The notes under the pieces are model-generated. The model was given only the letters and a program-made list of their open reading frames with translations. It was not told the DNA's origin and searched no databases. DNA of 64,000 nt, from assembly GCA_963606545.1 (NCBI GenBank), contig CAVCYP010000001.1, forward strand, positions 1,613 through 65,612, written 5' to 3'. Shown in pieces: positions 17,582 to 28,145 of this stretch. Source of the stretch: Sphaerochaetaceae bacterium (lineage in GTDB: Bacteria > Spirochaetota > Spirochaetia > Sphaerochaetales > Sphaerochaetaceae). The translations under genes were made by a program, and so were the position numbers. Each line of letters opens with the position of its first letter. Position 1 is the first letter of the stretch.

Positions 17582-19303
17582 CTAGTTAAAATCCCCTCTA
17601 TAAAGATGAGCATAATGACCGTTGGCGTCAAGCAAATTTTGATGAGTTCCGCTCTCAATTACCTTGCCTTTTTCCAAAACAATAATGTTATCGGCATCTT
17701 TAACGGTGGTAAGTCTATGGGCAATAACAATGGAAGTTCTGCCCTTGGAAAGCTTAGCAAAAGCATCTTGAATAAGCTTTTCACTCTCGTTGTCTAAAGA
17801 AGACGTTGCCTCATCAAAAATGAGAATTGGAGGGTTTTTCAAGAATACTCTAGCAATAGAAAGTCTCTGTTTTTGTCCACCGGAAAGGCGGGTTCCATGC
17901 TCTCCCACTTGGGTTGAAAGGCCCTCTGGCAAGGAACGAATAAAATCCCCTAAGTTGGCAGCTTCAAGAGCAGCCAGCATCTCTTCATCTGTTGCATCAG
18001 GCTTACCGTAACGGAGATTTTCGCGAATATCGGCATCAAAAAGGAATACGTCTTGTTGGACAAAGCCTATGTTTTTGCGCAGGGAGCTTTGGGTGACGTC
18101 TCTGATGTCTTGACCATCTATGGTGATGGAGCCACTGTCAATCTCGTAAAAACGGGGTAAAAGCGAGGCGGTGGTGCTCTTTCCGGCGCCCGATTCGCCT
18201 ACAATTGCCGTTGAAGTGCCTCCTTTGACTTCAAAGGAGAGGTTGCCAATGACTTCGCCGTCTTTGCTGTCATAGCTAAAGCGTACGTTTTGATATTTGA
18301 TGTTGCCTTCTGTGACTTTAAGCTCTGTTGCGCCTTCTTTGTCGTTAATAGTTGGTTGAATATCCATGACTTCTGTAAAGCGCTCAAAGGCAGCAAGGCC
18401 CTGGTTGTACTGCTCAATGAAGTTGATAAGTCTGTCTATAGGTTCAAGTACAACGCTAACGTAAAGCAGGAAGGCAATAAGGTCATAGGATTGAAGCAGG
18501 CCTTTATAAATAAGAATTGCACCGCCAACAACGGTGAAAAGATAGTACATGTTTCTAAGAAAGTTCATGCCTGTGCCGTAAACGGCCATGAGGCTGTACT
18601 GGCGCTTCCTGCTTTCCTTTAAATCTTCGTTGGAATCTTCAAATCTAGAGCTTTGAAAGGACTCGCTGGTGAAGGATTTTACCTCTCTGATGCCCTGTAT
18701 TGAGTTCTCAACATTTGCGTTGACATCTGCAACATGACGTCTGACATTTCTGGAGTACTCTTTTTGTTTACTTCCAAAAACAATGCCCCAAAGCACCAAC
18801 AAAGGCATAGGAATTATAGAAACTAGCGCCATTGGGACACTGAAATTGAACATTACAATGTAAGCACCAATGATGGTGGCAAAGGAAATTAGGCAGTCTT
18901 CTGGGCAGTGGTGAGCCACTTCTGCAATCTGAAAAAGATCATTAGTGATCCTACTCATTAGGTGTCCTGTCTTGGCTTTATCAAAGTAGCCAAAGCTCAG
19001 CGTTTGCAGGTGATCAAAGATATCTCGGCGCATATCGTTTTCCACATAGACGCCTAAAAAATGGCCCCACTTTACTCTAATAAAATTCAAACTGGACTGA
19101 AGCACATAAACGCAGAACATTAGGACAAAACACATTATCATTTTTGACCACATGCTCTCTGGTATCCAGGTTTTTAAAAGTTCTCTAGTTAAGGCTGGAA
19201 AGAAAATGGATAGCACGGAACTGGCAGTTGCAGCTACCATATCCAGAATAAAGAGACCCTTGTACGGCTTGTAATAGTGAATAAAACGTTTTAGCAGGCT
19301 CAC
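17582..19303 (-). CDS. ABC exporter, fused permease/ATPase (MsbA/MdlB-like)
   Basis: 573 aa. Six-TM N-terminal domain, Walker A GESGAGKST, LSGGQKQRLSIAR, ILIFDEATS. The GTG start overlaps the helicase stop (GTGA). Confidence 0.85.
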   Translation of the reverse strand: MSLLKRFIHYYKPYKGLFILDMVAATASSVLSIFFPALTRELLKTWIPESMWSKMIMCFVLMFCVYVLQSSLNFIRVKWGHFLGVYVENDMRRDIFDHLQTLSFGYFDKAKTGHLMSRITNDLFQIAEVAHHCPEDCLISFATIIGAYIVMFNFSVPMALVSIIPMPLLVLWGIVFGSKQKEYSRNVRRHVADVNANVENSIQGIREVKSFTSESFQSSRFEDSNEDLKESRKRQYSLMAVYGTGMNFLRNMYYLFTVVGGAILIYKGLLQSYDLIAFLLYVSVVLEPIDRLINFIEQYNQGLAAFERFTEVMDIQPTINDKEGATELKVTEGNIKYQNVRFSYDSKDGEVIGNLSFEVKGGTSTAIVGESGAGKSTTASLLPRFYEIDSGSITIDGQDIRDVTQSSLRKNIGFVQQDVFLFDADIRENLRYGKPDATDEEMLAALEAANLGDFIRSLPEGLSTQVGEHGTRLSGGQKQRLSIARVFLKNPPILIFDEATSSLDNESEKLIQDAFAKLSKGRTSIVIAHRLTTVKDADNIIVLEKGKVIESGTHQNLLDANGHYAHLYRGDFN

Positions 19304-20895
19304 TTATTTCTCCCAAATAGTTTCTTAAAGAACTTTGCAATCTTATTTTCTGGCTTTTGTGCTTTAGGTTCAGTTGGTGCTTTAGTCTCAGCTTGAGCTT
19401 TAGGCTCTGACTTTGATGCACTCTTGGTGGCACTATCCTCTGCCTTGGCTTTGGCTTGAGCTGCAGCGGTTGGAACAAAACCGTATTTTGCCTTGTAATA
19501 GGCAATTCTCTCTTCTTCTGTCATGCTACCAAGGCTCTTATTAGGCTTGCTGGATTTTGGTTTACTGGATTTTGGCTTGCTGGTATTCTGTTTGCCAGTA
19601 TCTGGCTTAGAACTCTTAGTCTTAGACGCAGTAGACTTTGTCTTAGAAGTTGAAGCTCTTGAACTCTTAGAAGAACTCTTGCGACCATCTGAACTTGAAT
19701 GCTCACTATGATAGCCCTCTGCAAACCACTTCTTTCCAAGAGATTTATCTTCAACTTCCGGAAGATTTTCCGGCCAAATTACAGGAATCTTCATCTTGAT
19801 GTACTTTTCAATAGGTTCAAGATAATAGACAAACTCTTCATCTGCAAAAGTAATGGCTTTTCCGCTCTTGCCCGCACGGGCGGTTCTTCCAATTCTATGA
19901 ACATAATTTTCATAGTCTTCAGGAACATCGTAGTTAACTACCAGAGGAAGATCATCAATCTGAAGGCCACGTGCGGCAACGTCAGTAGCAACTAGAATTG
20001 TAGTTTTACCCTCTTTAAGTAGGTTCAAAGCCTTTTGACGTTGAGCCTGAGGAAGATCCCCAGTAAGATAATCAGCCTTATAACCATTGAGCTTGAGGCG
20101 TGTAGCTATCTCGCCCGCCATGTGACGGCTGTTGGTAAAAACCAGTGCAGCTTCAGGCTTTTCTACGGCTAAAAGTTGCAGAAAGAGACCAAACTTGTCG
20201 CTTTTGGCCACGTGATAGAGCTCTTGAGTAATGTTTTCAACCGTGATGTGGTCCGGCTCCAGCTCAATTTCTTCTGGGTCATTCATAAAATCCCAAGCCA
20301 GCTCGCGCACTCGCATTTCCAGCGTTGCGGAAAATAGCATGGTCTGGCGACTCTCTTTTGGAGGCAAAAGCCGGAACATTCGCTTGATATCTGGATAAAA
20401 ACCCATGTCAAACATGCGGTCTGCCTCGTCAATAACAAAGGTATCTATACGACTACAATCCAGCTCGCGGTTTTCCATGAATTCCAGCAGACGGCCCGGT
20501 GTGCCAACGTAGATATCGCAACCCATCTCTAAAAGCTTTTTCTGATGCTCATAGCCAACTCCACCGTAAAAACAGCCCACGTGGAAGCCTTTAACTTTGG
20601 AGCACAGCACAAAGGCGTCATCCGATATCTGCTGAGCCAGCTCTCTAGTAGGAGCCACAATCAAACAAGAAGCAGAACTTCCTTCTTCCTTCATTCTCAA
20701 ATAATGTTCAAGAAAGGTAATGATATAAACGGCGGTCTTTCCACTTCCAGTCTTAGACTGAACCATGACATCATAACCATCAATTGAAACCGGAAGCACC
20801 TGTTCTTGTACCGGCATACATTCTTCAAAATGAGCAGCTTCCGTTCCTTCAAGAACCTGCTCGTGTAGAGGCAATTCACTAAATTTCATACTCAC
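19300..20895 (-). CDS. DEAD-box ATP-dependent RNA helicase with a long basic low-complexity C-terminal tail
   Basis: 531 aa. Motifs SKTGSGKT, PTRELA, DEAD (VIDEADRM), SAT and HRIGRTARAG. The last ~150 aa are K/S/T/P-rich. Confidence 0.9.
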   Translation of the reverse strand: MSMKFSELPLHEQVLEGTEAAHFEECMPVQEQVLPVSIDGYDVMVQSKTGSGKTAVYIITFLEHYLRMKEEGSSASCLIVAPTRELAQQISDDAFVLCSKVKGFHVGCFYGGVGYEHQKKLLEMGCDIYVGTPGRLLEFMENRELDCSRIDTFVIDEADRMFDMGFYPDIKRMFRLLPPKESRQTMLFSATLEMRVRELAWDFMNDPEEIELEPDHITVENITQELYHVAKSDKFGLFLQLLAVEKPEAALVFTNSRHMAGEIATRLKLNGYKADYLTGDLPQAQRQKALNLLKEGKTTILVATDVAARGLQIDDLPLVVNYDVPEDYENYVHRIGRTARAGKSGKAITFADEEFVYYLEPIEKYIKMKIPVIWPENLPEVEDKSLGKKWFAEGYHSEHSSSDGRKSSSKSSRASTSKTKSTASKTKSSKPDTGKQNTSKPKSSKPKSSKPNKSLGSMTEEERIAYYKAKYGFVPTAAAQAKAKAEDSATKSASKSEPKAQAETKAPTEPKAQKPENKIAKFFKKLFGRNK

Positions 20896-20912
20896 AAAAA
20901 CCTTACCAATAA

Positions 20913-23900
20913 TTAGTCAGAACCGTAAAGTTTGAGGATTTCCCTAGGTTTAGAGCCTCTTGCCGGACCAATGTAACCAGCATCTTCCATTTGCTCAATG
21001 AGATTGGCCGCCCTGTTGTAACCAATGTTAAGCCTTCTCTGCAAATAGGAAGCTGAAGCCTCACCTCTGTCTGAAACAATCTTCCAGGCCTTGGAGAACA
21101 TATCCTCAGATGGAGACGCAACGGACTCTTCATCCTCTTCCTCATCCTCTTCATCATCCTCAAAATACGATTCATCTATGTAATCAGGTTGACCCTGAGT
21201 CTTTACGAAATTCACAATCTTCTCAATTTCACTATCAATATAGGCACCCTGAATTCTGCTTGGAGACCTGAACTCTGGACTGTTATAAAGCATGTCTCCT
21301 CTACCAAGCAAATTCTCAGCCCCGTTGGAGTCAATAATAATTCTACTGTTGGTGCCATTGGAAACCGCAAAAGCAATCTGCGTTGGAATATTACTCTTTA
21401 TGATACCAGTAATAACGTCCGCAGACGGTCTTTGGGTTGCCAATACTAGATGGATTCCGCAGAATCTAGCCAAAGCTGTAATTCTCTTAATTGAAGCCTC
21501 CAGCTCCTTTCCTACTGCCAGCATGATATCTGCAAACTCATCAATGATTACCATGATGTACGGAAGCTTAACTCTAAGAAGTCCCTTTTCAACTATCTTT
21601 TCATTGTAATCTTCAATCTTTCTGGCTCCAACGCTAGCAAACAAAGCCATTCTACGTTCCATCTCTTCAACTATGAAGTTCATAGCCTTAAGCGTCTTCT
21701 TTGGATCAGTGATAACTGGTGTAAGAAGGTGAGGAATACCGTTATAAACGGAAAGCTCAACCATCTTTGGGTCCACCAAAAGCATTCTAACTTCTTTTGG
21801 GGTCTTAGTATAAAGGACAGAACAAATAAGCGAATTTATACAAACCGATTTACCAGAACCTGTGGTTCCTGCAACTAACAAGTGAGGCGTTTTGGCCAAA
21901 TCAATAACAATACTATCGCCAGTGATGTTCTTTCCCAGTACCATAGGAATCTTGTAAGGCTTTGCCTTAAGAGCCTCCATCATGACATCAAAGCCAATGG
22001 TATCTCTCTTCTTGTTTGGAACTTCAACTCCAATTGCATTCTTACCTGGAATTGGCGCCAGAATTCTGACATTTGCAACCGCCAAATTCATGGCCACATC
22101 CTCTGCAAGATTCACAACCTTAGAAACCCTAACCCCGCGCTGAAGAGCCAATTCGTACAACGTAAAGGTAGGTCCGTGCTGAATATGCAAGAGTTTTGTC
22201 TCAATATTAAAATCTGCAAAGGTATTTACAATGGCTAACCCAGTTGGGTCTGTCTCAATATCATCATAAATCTGTGCACTAATTGGATAATGCACCAAAA
22301 AGCTCTCAGGCGGGAATTGATAGACAAACTTTTGCTTGTCAATTAAATACGAATCCCCTGCCGCACTGCTCTTCAAGCCAGCAATACCAGAAACATAGTC
22401 AATATCTGGTCCCTTTGGCTTCTTTTCCGTGGTTGCTTCACTAGCAAACGCAGCCTTGGATTTCTCAAAGTCAGCCTCATCATCCTCTTCAGCTTCCGGC
22501 TCAACGGTCCTAGTTGCAACACTTGGTTCTACCCTAGGTGCAACACTTGGTTCTACTCTAGGTGCAACACTTGGTTCTACCCTAGGTGCGGCCTTGGGCT
22601 CAGCTTTAAGCTCTGCAGCTCTAGCTTCAGCGGCCTTTCTAGCCTGTTCTTCTTCACGGCGTCTCTGCTGCTCTTCCATTTGATTTTGAGCCCTGAGCTC
22701 CTCCTCCCTGAAAGCCGAACTTACAGGAACTGGCTGCACAAATTCCTCCGGCTCATCCTTAAATACAGATTTTCTTTCCTCAGTTGGCTGCACATAAGAA
22801 GGCTGTACTTGTGGGGCCTGTACCTGCGAAACAGTTGGCTGCACATAAGAAGGCTGTGCTGGCTGTGTAGCTTGCGTAAACTGCACACTCTGAACACTAG
22901 GAGCGCTCTGAGCTGAAGCTGGACTTTGAAACTGCACCGCATACGGATTAATCATCTGAGCAGGAGGAGCCTCAAACTGCACTGCACCCTGCTGTGCCTG
23001 AACACCAGAGAACCCAACATTAGCCTTCTGTGCCTTCAGATTCACAGTAGTCTGCTGACTCTGATATTCCTGCTGTATCTGATACGAAGACACCCCGTAA
23101 TCCACATCTGAACTCTTACTCTGAAACGAAGAGAACTCCTTTTCCGCTTGCGCCTCCTCAGAAAGCCTCTTCATCAACGTCCTAGGCTTAAACAGGCTCT
23201 CCAGACGCTTCTTTTCCGCCTCCGCCTCTTTACGCTCCCGTTCTTCCTCAAGCGCCTTTCTTCTCTGCCGCTCCTCTTCAAGCGCCTTCATGCGCTGTTC
23301 CTCCAGCAGCCTTTGCTCCTCCGCCGCCTTCTTCAACTCCGCCTCTTTCTGCACCACATCATAAACCGATACTCCATCATGTGGCTTCAAATAAACTTTG
23401 CTCAGCGTATTAGGAAACTTTTCAAATTCAGGAACACTAACTGCAGTTAAACTCTTATAAGCCACTTGCGAGTCCATGGTACTCTTAGGCTTACTAACTT
23501 TAACTTCAGCCTCAGGCTCAACTTGTTCCACTTCAAAAGTAGAAATTTGCTCAGAAGTTTCAGCTGGCTGTTCTGTAGCCAGCTCAACTTTTTTAGGAGT
23601 TTTAGCAACTTTATTCTTCTTGCGCCTTGAAATCCAGCAGCAAAGCAAAATCAAACAAGAAACAAAGAAAGTACCACCGGCAAGGACGTTGTAATAAGGA
23701 GGCAAGAAATTAACAATTTCAAAACCTTGGCCACCCTGTGAATAGCAAAACACCAAGTACACCGAATAAAACGCAACAGCCTTGAGCAAAAAGGACACCG
23801 GTCCAGCCCCGCAAAGGGTAGTAACTAGCACCAGCAAGGCAAAAGCCACCAGCGGAGCAAGCCCATAAACACTTAACTCTCCCTGAGGGAAAAAGCTCAG

Positions 23901-24062
23901 ATATTTCTCAAAAATTTCATAACAGCCCTTTGCCAAAGCATAAGGCAAAGAACCTTCCTTCAAAGGAAGATAAGGAAAGGCGCAAACTGCAACCGTAGGC
24001 AGGGTCAACAGAACAATGAGAACAATCCATAAAACGCTCTTTCTTTTTTTGGCCATATACAA
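20913..24062 (-). CDS. ftsK: DNA translocase FtsK/SpoIIIE with an exceptionally long low-complexity linker
   Basis: 1049 aa. N-terminal TM helices, motor domain GTTGSGKSV ... IIDEFAD, and a C-terminal gamma wHTH (YLQRRLNIGYNRAANLIEQME). Confidence 0.9.
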   Translation of the reverse strand: MYMAKKRKSVLWIVLIVLLTLPTVAVCAFPYLPLKEGSLPYALAKGCYEIFEKYLSFFPQGELSVYGLAPLVAFALLVLVTTLCGAGPVSFLLKAVAFYSVYLVFCYSQGGQGFEIVNFLPPYYNVLAGGTFFVSCLILLCCWISRRKKNKVAKTPKKVELATEQPAETSEQISTFEVEQVEPEAEVKVSKPKSTMDSQVAYKSLTAVSVPEFEKFPNTLSKVYLKPHDGVSVYDVVQKEAELKKAAEEQRLLEEQRMKALEEERQRRKALEEERERKEAEAEKKRLESLFKPRTLMKRLSEEAQAEKEFSSFQSKSSDVDYGVSSYQIQQEYQSQQTTVNLKAQKANVGFSGVQAQQGAVQFEAPPAQMINPYAVQFQSPASAQSAPSVQSVQFTQATQPAQPSYVQPTVSQVQAPQVQPSYVQPTEERKSVFKDEPEEFVQPVPVSSAFREEELRAQNQMEEQQRRREEEQARKAAEARAAELKAEPKAAPRVEPSVAPRVEPSVAPRVEPSVATRTVEPEAEEDDEADFEKSKAAFASEATTEKKPKGPDIDYVSGIAGLKSSAAGDSYLIDKQKFVYQFPPESFLVHYPISAQIYDDIETDPTGLAIVNTFADFNIETKLLHIQHGPTFTLYELALQRGVRVSKVVNLAEDVAMNLAVANVRILAPIPGKNAIGVEVPNKKRDTIGFDVMMEALKAKPYKIPMVLGKNITGDSIVIDLAKTPHLLVAGTTGSGKSVCINSLICSVLYTKTPKEVRMLLVDPKMVELSVYNGIPHLLTPVITDPKKTLKAMNFIVEEMERRMALFASVGARKIEDYNEKIVEKGLLRVKLPYIMVIIDEFADIMLAVGKELEASIKRITALARFCGIHLVLATQRPSADVITGIIKSNIPTQIAFAVSNGTNSRIIIDSNGAENLLGRGDMLYNSPEFRSPSRIQGAYIDSEIEKIVNFVKTQGQPDYIDESYFEDDEEDEEEDEESVASPSEDMFSKAWKIVSDRGEASASYLQRRLNIGYNRAANLIEQMEDAGYIGPARGSKPREILKLYGSD
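22510..22590 (-). repeat. 24-bp tandem repeat x3.4 inside the ftsK linker (encodes PRVEPSVA x3)
   Basis: ctag(t/g)tgcaacacttggttctac(c/t) at 22510, 22534 and 22558, with a partial copy at 22582. Confidence 0.9.
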
Positions 24063-24090
24063 GTAATAATATCACTTAACTTGTAATATG

Positions 24091-24756
24091 TCATCGCTTC
24101 TGGACAATTAATAATTGACGTTTTGCATCTGAAAAAGGCACGGAATAGGAGACAACTTTTGTGGTAAAAACACCAGGTAAAAGCGCCTCAATCACACTAA
24201 TTTCTTCCTCAATATTTTCATCGCTACTCTTGTAGGCAAAGATTTTTCCTTGAGGAGCTAAAATTCTGTCTAAATCAAAAACAATGTCCTTAAATGGCCT
24301 AAAGGCCCTAAAAGTTATGGCCTCATACTGGTTTTGTACCTCTGAAAGATCTTTCTGAAGAACACTAACTTTCTTTGAAAGGCCCAAAACCGCAAGCGTA
24401 TTTCTCAAAAAACCGGCCCTTCTTCCCATCCTTTCAACAAGCGTGAAATCCCAATTTGTAAGAGCACTGGCAAGCACAATTCCAGGAAGCCCAGCTCCGG
24501 AGCCAAGATCAGCTGCCTTAATTGTAGCAACGTCCAATTCTTGAAGTTCTTTTTGCAGGATAACCACCGGAGAAAGGCAGTCCAAAAGATGTTTAACCAC
24601 CAGTTCTTTATCAGAAGCGTTGACAAGTGCATAAGTGGGATTAAACAGACTAATTTCATCATAATATTTGGCTAAACTATTGGCCAAAACCTCATCTGAA
24701 GAGCCATAAATCTCTTTAATTCCACTATTTAAAAGTTCAAAAAGCTTCGCCTGCAC
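24091..24756 (-). CDS. rsmG: 16S rRNA (guanine527-N7)-methyltransferase RsmG/GidB
   Basis: 221 aa. SAM motif DLGSGAGLPG. Sits directly downstream of mnmG. Confidence 0.85.
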   Translation of the reverse strand: MQAKLFELLNSGIKEIYGSSDEVLANSLAKYYDEISLFNPTYALVNASDKELVVKHLLDCLSPVVILQKELQELDVATIKAADLGSGAGLPGIVLASALTNWDFTLVERMGRRAGFLRNTLAVLGLSKKVSVLQKDLSEVQNQYEAITFRAFRPFKDIVFDLDRILAPQGKIFAYKSSDENIEEEISVIEALLPGVFTTKVVSYSVPFSDAKRQLLIVQKR

Positions 24757-24764
24757 AACAACTC

Positions 24765-26570
24765 CTATTTTCTCAAATACACCAACAACACGGTGATATC
24801 GCTCACTCTAACGCCCGATATTCTTGAAGCTTGCCCTACGGAGGTAGGTCTAATGAGTTTAAACTTTTCTCTAGATTCTGCAGAAATTCCTTCCACAGCA
24901 TCATAGTTAAAATCATCGGGTATATGAATGCTTTCTAGCTTGGAGAATCGGTCTACCTGTTTATCCTGGCGCTTGATGTAGCCGTCGTACTTGATTTTGA
25001 GTTCAAGCTGAAGTCTCACGCTCTTTGGGTAGGTGGAGATTTCTGGGATGACTTTTTCAAGGTCGTCCATGCTGACTTCTGGGCGTTTTAGGCTTTCAAG
25101 TGCGTTGACGTTCAGGTAGCCACGGCCCTTGATGAGGTCCTGAAGGCTCTCCATCTGGCTTGTTTTTTTCTCTAGCAGCTCAAGCCGCTGGTCAGTTGCA
25201 AGTCCAACTGCATGGCCCTTGGCGGTAAGGCGTTCGTCTGCTGTGTCATGACGCAGATTCAAGCGATACTCGGCACGGCTTGTGAACATTCTGTACGGCT
25301 CCTTGGTGCCCTTGGTAACAAGATCGTCAATCAAAACGCCAATATAAGCCTCAGTTCTGTCTAGAATAAGTGGAGCCTCCCCCTTCAGCTTCTGGCAGGC
25401 ATTGATTCCAGCCATAAGGCCTTGGCAAGCAGCCTCTTCATAACCGCTGGTGCCATTAGTCTGACCGGCAACAAAAAGATTCTCAATTACTTTTGACTCA
25501 AGAGATTGCTTAAGTTGAAGTGGGTCAAGATAATCGTACTCAACAGCATAGGCCGGACGCATAATAACAGCATCCTCAAGCCCGGCAATAGAGTGAATCA
25601 TAGCATGCTGGACATCCTCAGGAAGCGAGGTAGAAAGTCCATTCAAATACATTTCTTGTGTCCCAAGTCCCTCAGGCTCAACAAAAATTTGATGTCTACT
25701 TCTATCTGGGAAACGTACTACTTTGTCCTCAATTGACGGACAGTAACGGGGTCCCTTACCCACAATCTTTCCACCGTAAAGCGGAGATCTATGCATATTT
25801 GCCCTAATAACACTGTGGGTATTCTCATTTGTATAGGTAATCCAACAAGGCACCATTGGCCGGTCTAGCGTCTCATGCATGAAGCTAAACGGAATAATTT
25901 CGCTATCCCCATCCTGACGCTCCATCTCATCAAAATGCAAACTGGAACCCAGAACTCTAGCCGGAGTACCCGTTTTCAGACGCCCAACATTAAAGCCTTT
26001 CTGCCTAAGAGCGTCTCCAAGCCCCAAGGCAGCTTCTTCTCCAAGACGTCCTGCACTGTGATCGTATTCTCCAATAAAAATGCGTCCATTCATGAACGTA
26101 CCGGTGGTTAAAACCACCGCTTTACAGGAAATCTCATGTCCTCTTTGCGTCTTGACACCACAAATTCTTGGAATGTTGGTACCTTGAGAATCCGTTAAGA
26201 AGTCAACAACAGTATCCATAAAGAGTTCAAGATTACTCTGAGCTTCCAAAGTTTCCTTTGCAAGGCGAGAATAGGAAAATTTATCGGCCTGAGCACGTGG
26301 GGCTTGAACGGCTGGACCACGCCTACGGTTCAGAATACGGAACTGGATCATAGTTTGGTCAATAAGAAGGCCCATTTGGCCACCAAGAGCGTCCGTCTCT
26401 CTTACCAGGTTACCCTTTGCAAGTCCACCCACTGCTGGGTTGCACGAAAGGCGCCCAATTGCATCCAAGCTCTGGGTTATCAAAAGCGTTTTGAAGCCAA
26501 TTCTGGCACAGGCAAGACAGGCCTCAATACCGGCATGTCCACCGCCAACGACTACAACATCATAATCCAT
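24765..26570 (-). CDS. mnmG: tRNA uridine 5-carboxymethylaminomethyl modification enzyme MnmG/GidA
   Basis: 601 aa. N-terminal FAD motif DVVVVGGGHAGIEA and typical MnmG sequence throughout. Confidence 0.95.
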   Translation of the reverse strand: MDYDVVVVGGGHAGIEACLACARIGFKTLLITQSLDAIGRLSCNPAVGGLAKGNLVRETDALGGQMGLLIDQTMIQFRILNRRRGPAVQAPRAQADKFSYSRLAKETLEAQSNLELFMDTVVDFLTDSQGTNIPRICGVKTQRGHEISCKAVVLTTGTFMNGRIFIGEYDHSAGRLGEEAALGLGDALRQKGFNVGRLKTGTPARVLGSSLHFDEMERQDGDSEIIPFSFMHETLDRPMVPCWITYTNENTHSVIRANMHRSPLYGGKIVGKGPRYCPSIEDKVVRFPDRSRHQIFVEPEGLGTQEMYLNGLSTSLPEDVQHAMIHSIAGLEDAVIMRPAYAVEYDYLDPLQLKQSLESKVIENLFVAGQTNGTSGYEEAACQGLMAGINACQKLKGEAPLILDRTEAYIGVLIDDLVTKGTKEPYRMFTSRAEYRLNLRHDTADERLTAKGHAVGLATDQRLELLEKKTSQMESLQDLIKGRGYLNVNALESLKRPEVSMDDLEKVIPEISTYPKSVRLQLELKIKYDGYIKRQDKQVDRFSKLESIHIPDDFNYDAVEGISAESREKFKLIRPTSVGQASRISGVRVSDITVLLVYLRK

Positions 26571-26579
26571 ACTCTACCT

Positions 26580-27944
26580 CTATTTACCCACACAGAAAGA
26601 TCCAAAAATGCGGTCCAGAATATCGTCCGTGGTAACTTCGCCCGTAAGCTCGCCCAAGGCTTCAAGAGCTTCCTGAACATCCATTGAAATGATATCCAAC
26701 GGAAGGTTGATGCTAAGCGCCAATTGGGCTGCCTCAAGACTCTCAATGCAACGCTGAAGGTTTTCTTTTTGTCTATCACTTTGAATTACCAGCGAATCAT
26801 CCCCTGTTTGAGGTATGTCAGCCATCAAAAGCTTGATAATACGCTTGCAAAGTTCCTCAAAGCCTTCACCAGTGACAGTAGAAAGCGAGATAACTCCCTC
26901 TGGGCTTTTGCGCTGGGGATTTAAGTCGTGTTTACTTTCAACCACTATACAGCGCACGTCGTTAAGAAGCTCGTAATCCTGAGAATCAACCTCAGTACCA
27001 ACTTCTTTCATATAGACCACCACGTTTGCAGCCTCAAGCAGCGAACGGGAACGTTTCATACCCTCCAGCTCAACCTCATCAATGTTAGTCTGACTTGCGC
27101 TTCTAAAACCAGCGGTATCATAAAGCCTAACCGGAATACCTTCTATTGAGCATTGAGCCTCAATAAAATCCCGGGTTGTACCTTTTGTCTCACTTACAAT
27201 TGAGCGGTCTTCCTTTAAAAAGAAGTTGAAAAGAGAACTTTTACCAGCATTAGAAGGCCCTGCAAGAACCACTCTAGCCCCCTGAGAAAACAACTTGCCT
27301 GCATTGTAAGAAAGTCTAATTTTCTTAAGAGCATCAAGGGCCTTGTTTAAATCCTCCACAGGAAAATCCAGGTTCTCTCCAATTTCATCTTCAGCGTAAT
27401 CCAGCTGAACCTCAATAGTACTCATAATAGACAAAAGAATGTCCTTAATCTCAGAGATACGCTTAAAAAGACTGCCATTAAGCCTATTTAAGGCCATTAT
27501 TTGACCAGTTCTACCCTGAGCATCAATAAGTTCTTCAACCGCCTCAGCCCGGGTCAAATCCATCTTTGAATGCAAAAAAGCTCTAAGTGTGAATTCACCA
27601 GCAAGAGCCTTTCTGAAGCCCAAGTTTGGAAGCAAGGCTAAAATTGCTCTAATGACCTGAAGCCCACCATGACAAGAGATTTCCAAAGACTCCTCTCCGG
27701 TGTAACCATGCCCATCTTTGTAAACAGTAATCACAACATCATCTATTGGTTTGCCATCAAGGTCTTTCAAGTGTCCAAATACTGCAGAATTTGACAAACC
27801 TTTTTCTAGCTTTTTGTAGGCAGAGAAAACCTTCTCCATAGCCTTTATGCAACCAGCGCCACTTGTGCGCACAACTGCAATTGCACTCTTTCCCCAGGGT
27901 GTGGCCAAAGCAAAAATCATGTCGTCAGTATCATAAGAATTCAT
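26580..27944 (-). CDS. mnmE: tRNA modification GTPase MnmE/TrmE
   Basis: 454 aa. G domain GPSNAGKSSLFN and DTAG. C-terminal CVGK motif (FCVGK). Confidence 0.95.
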   Translation of the reverse strand: MNSYDTDDMIFALATPWGKSAIAVVRTSGAGCIKAMEKVFSAYKKLEKGLSNSAVFGHLKDLDGKPIDDVVITVYKDGHGYTGEESLEISCHGGLQVIRAILALLPNLGFRKALAGEFTLRAFLHSKMDLTRAEAVEELIDAQGRTGQIMALNRLNGSLFKRISEIKDILLSIMSTIEVQLDYAEDEIGENLDFPVEDLNKALDALKKIRLSYNAGKLFSQGARVVLAGPSNAGKSSLFNFFLKEDRSIVSETKGTTRDFIEAQCSIEGIPVRLYDTAGFRSASQTNIDEVELEGMKRSRSLLEAANVVVYMKEVGTEVDSQDYELLNDVRCIVVESKHDLNPQRKSPEGVISLSTVTGEGFEELCKRIIKLLMADIPQTGDDSLVIQSDRQKENLQRCIESLEAAQLALSINLPLDIISMDVQEALEALGELTGEVTTDDILDRIFGSFCVGK

Positions 27945-28145
27945 AACCTGCAGTATAACGAATTATCTATGTTTATGCAAAATGAGGTATTTTACGCGTA
28001 AACTGAGTTTTTAAGTTTTTTCGCCAAAAAACTGGCCACAATTTTCAGCGTATCTGTCTCTAGATTCATCTAAAGTAAACATAAACTGTTCCACCTACCC
28101 CAAAAAGCACTTATCTATTCCAATCTAACGACTAAAACATTAGAA

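Noticed and set aside
27945-28145. Replication origin next to mnmE-mnmG-rsmG
   Set aside because: The gidA/trmE neighbourhood and the divergent AT-rich spacer suggested oriC. Only two weak TTATCTAT(G/T) DnaA-box-like 9-mers (6/9 matches) are present. No dnaA, dnaN or parAB genes are nearby. Gene orientation flips back to the minus strand after 3 kb.
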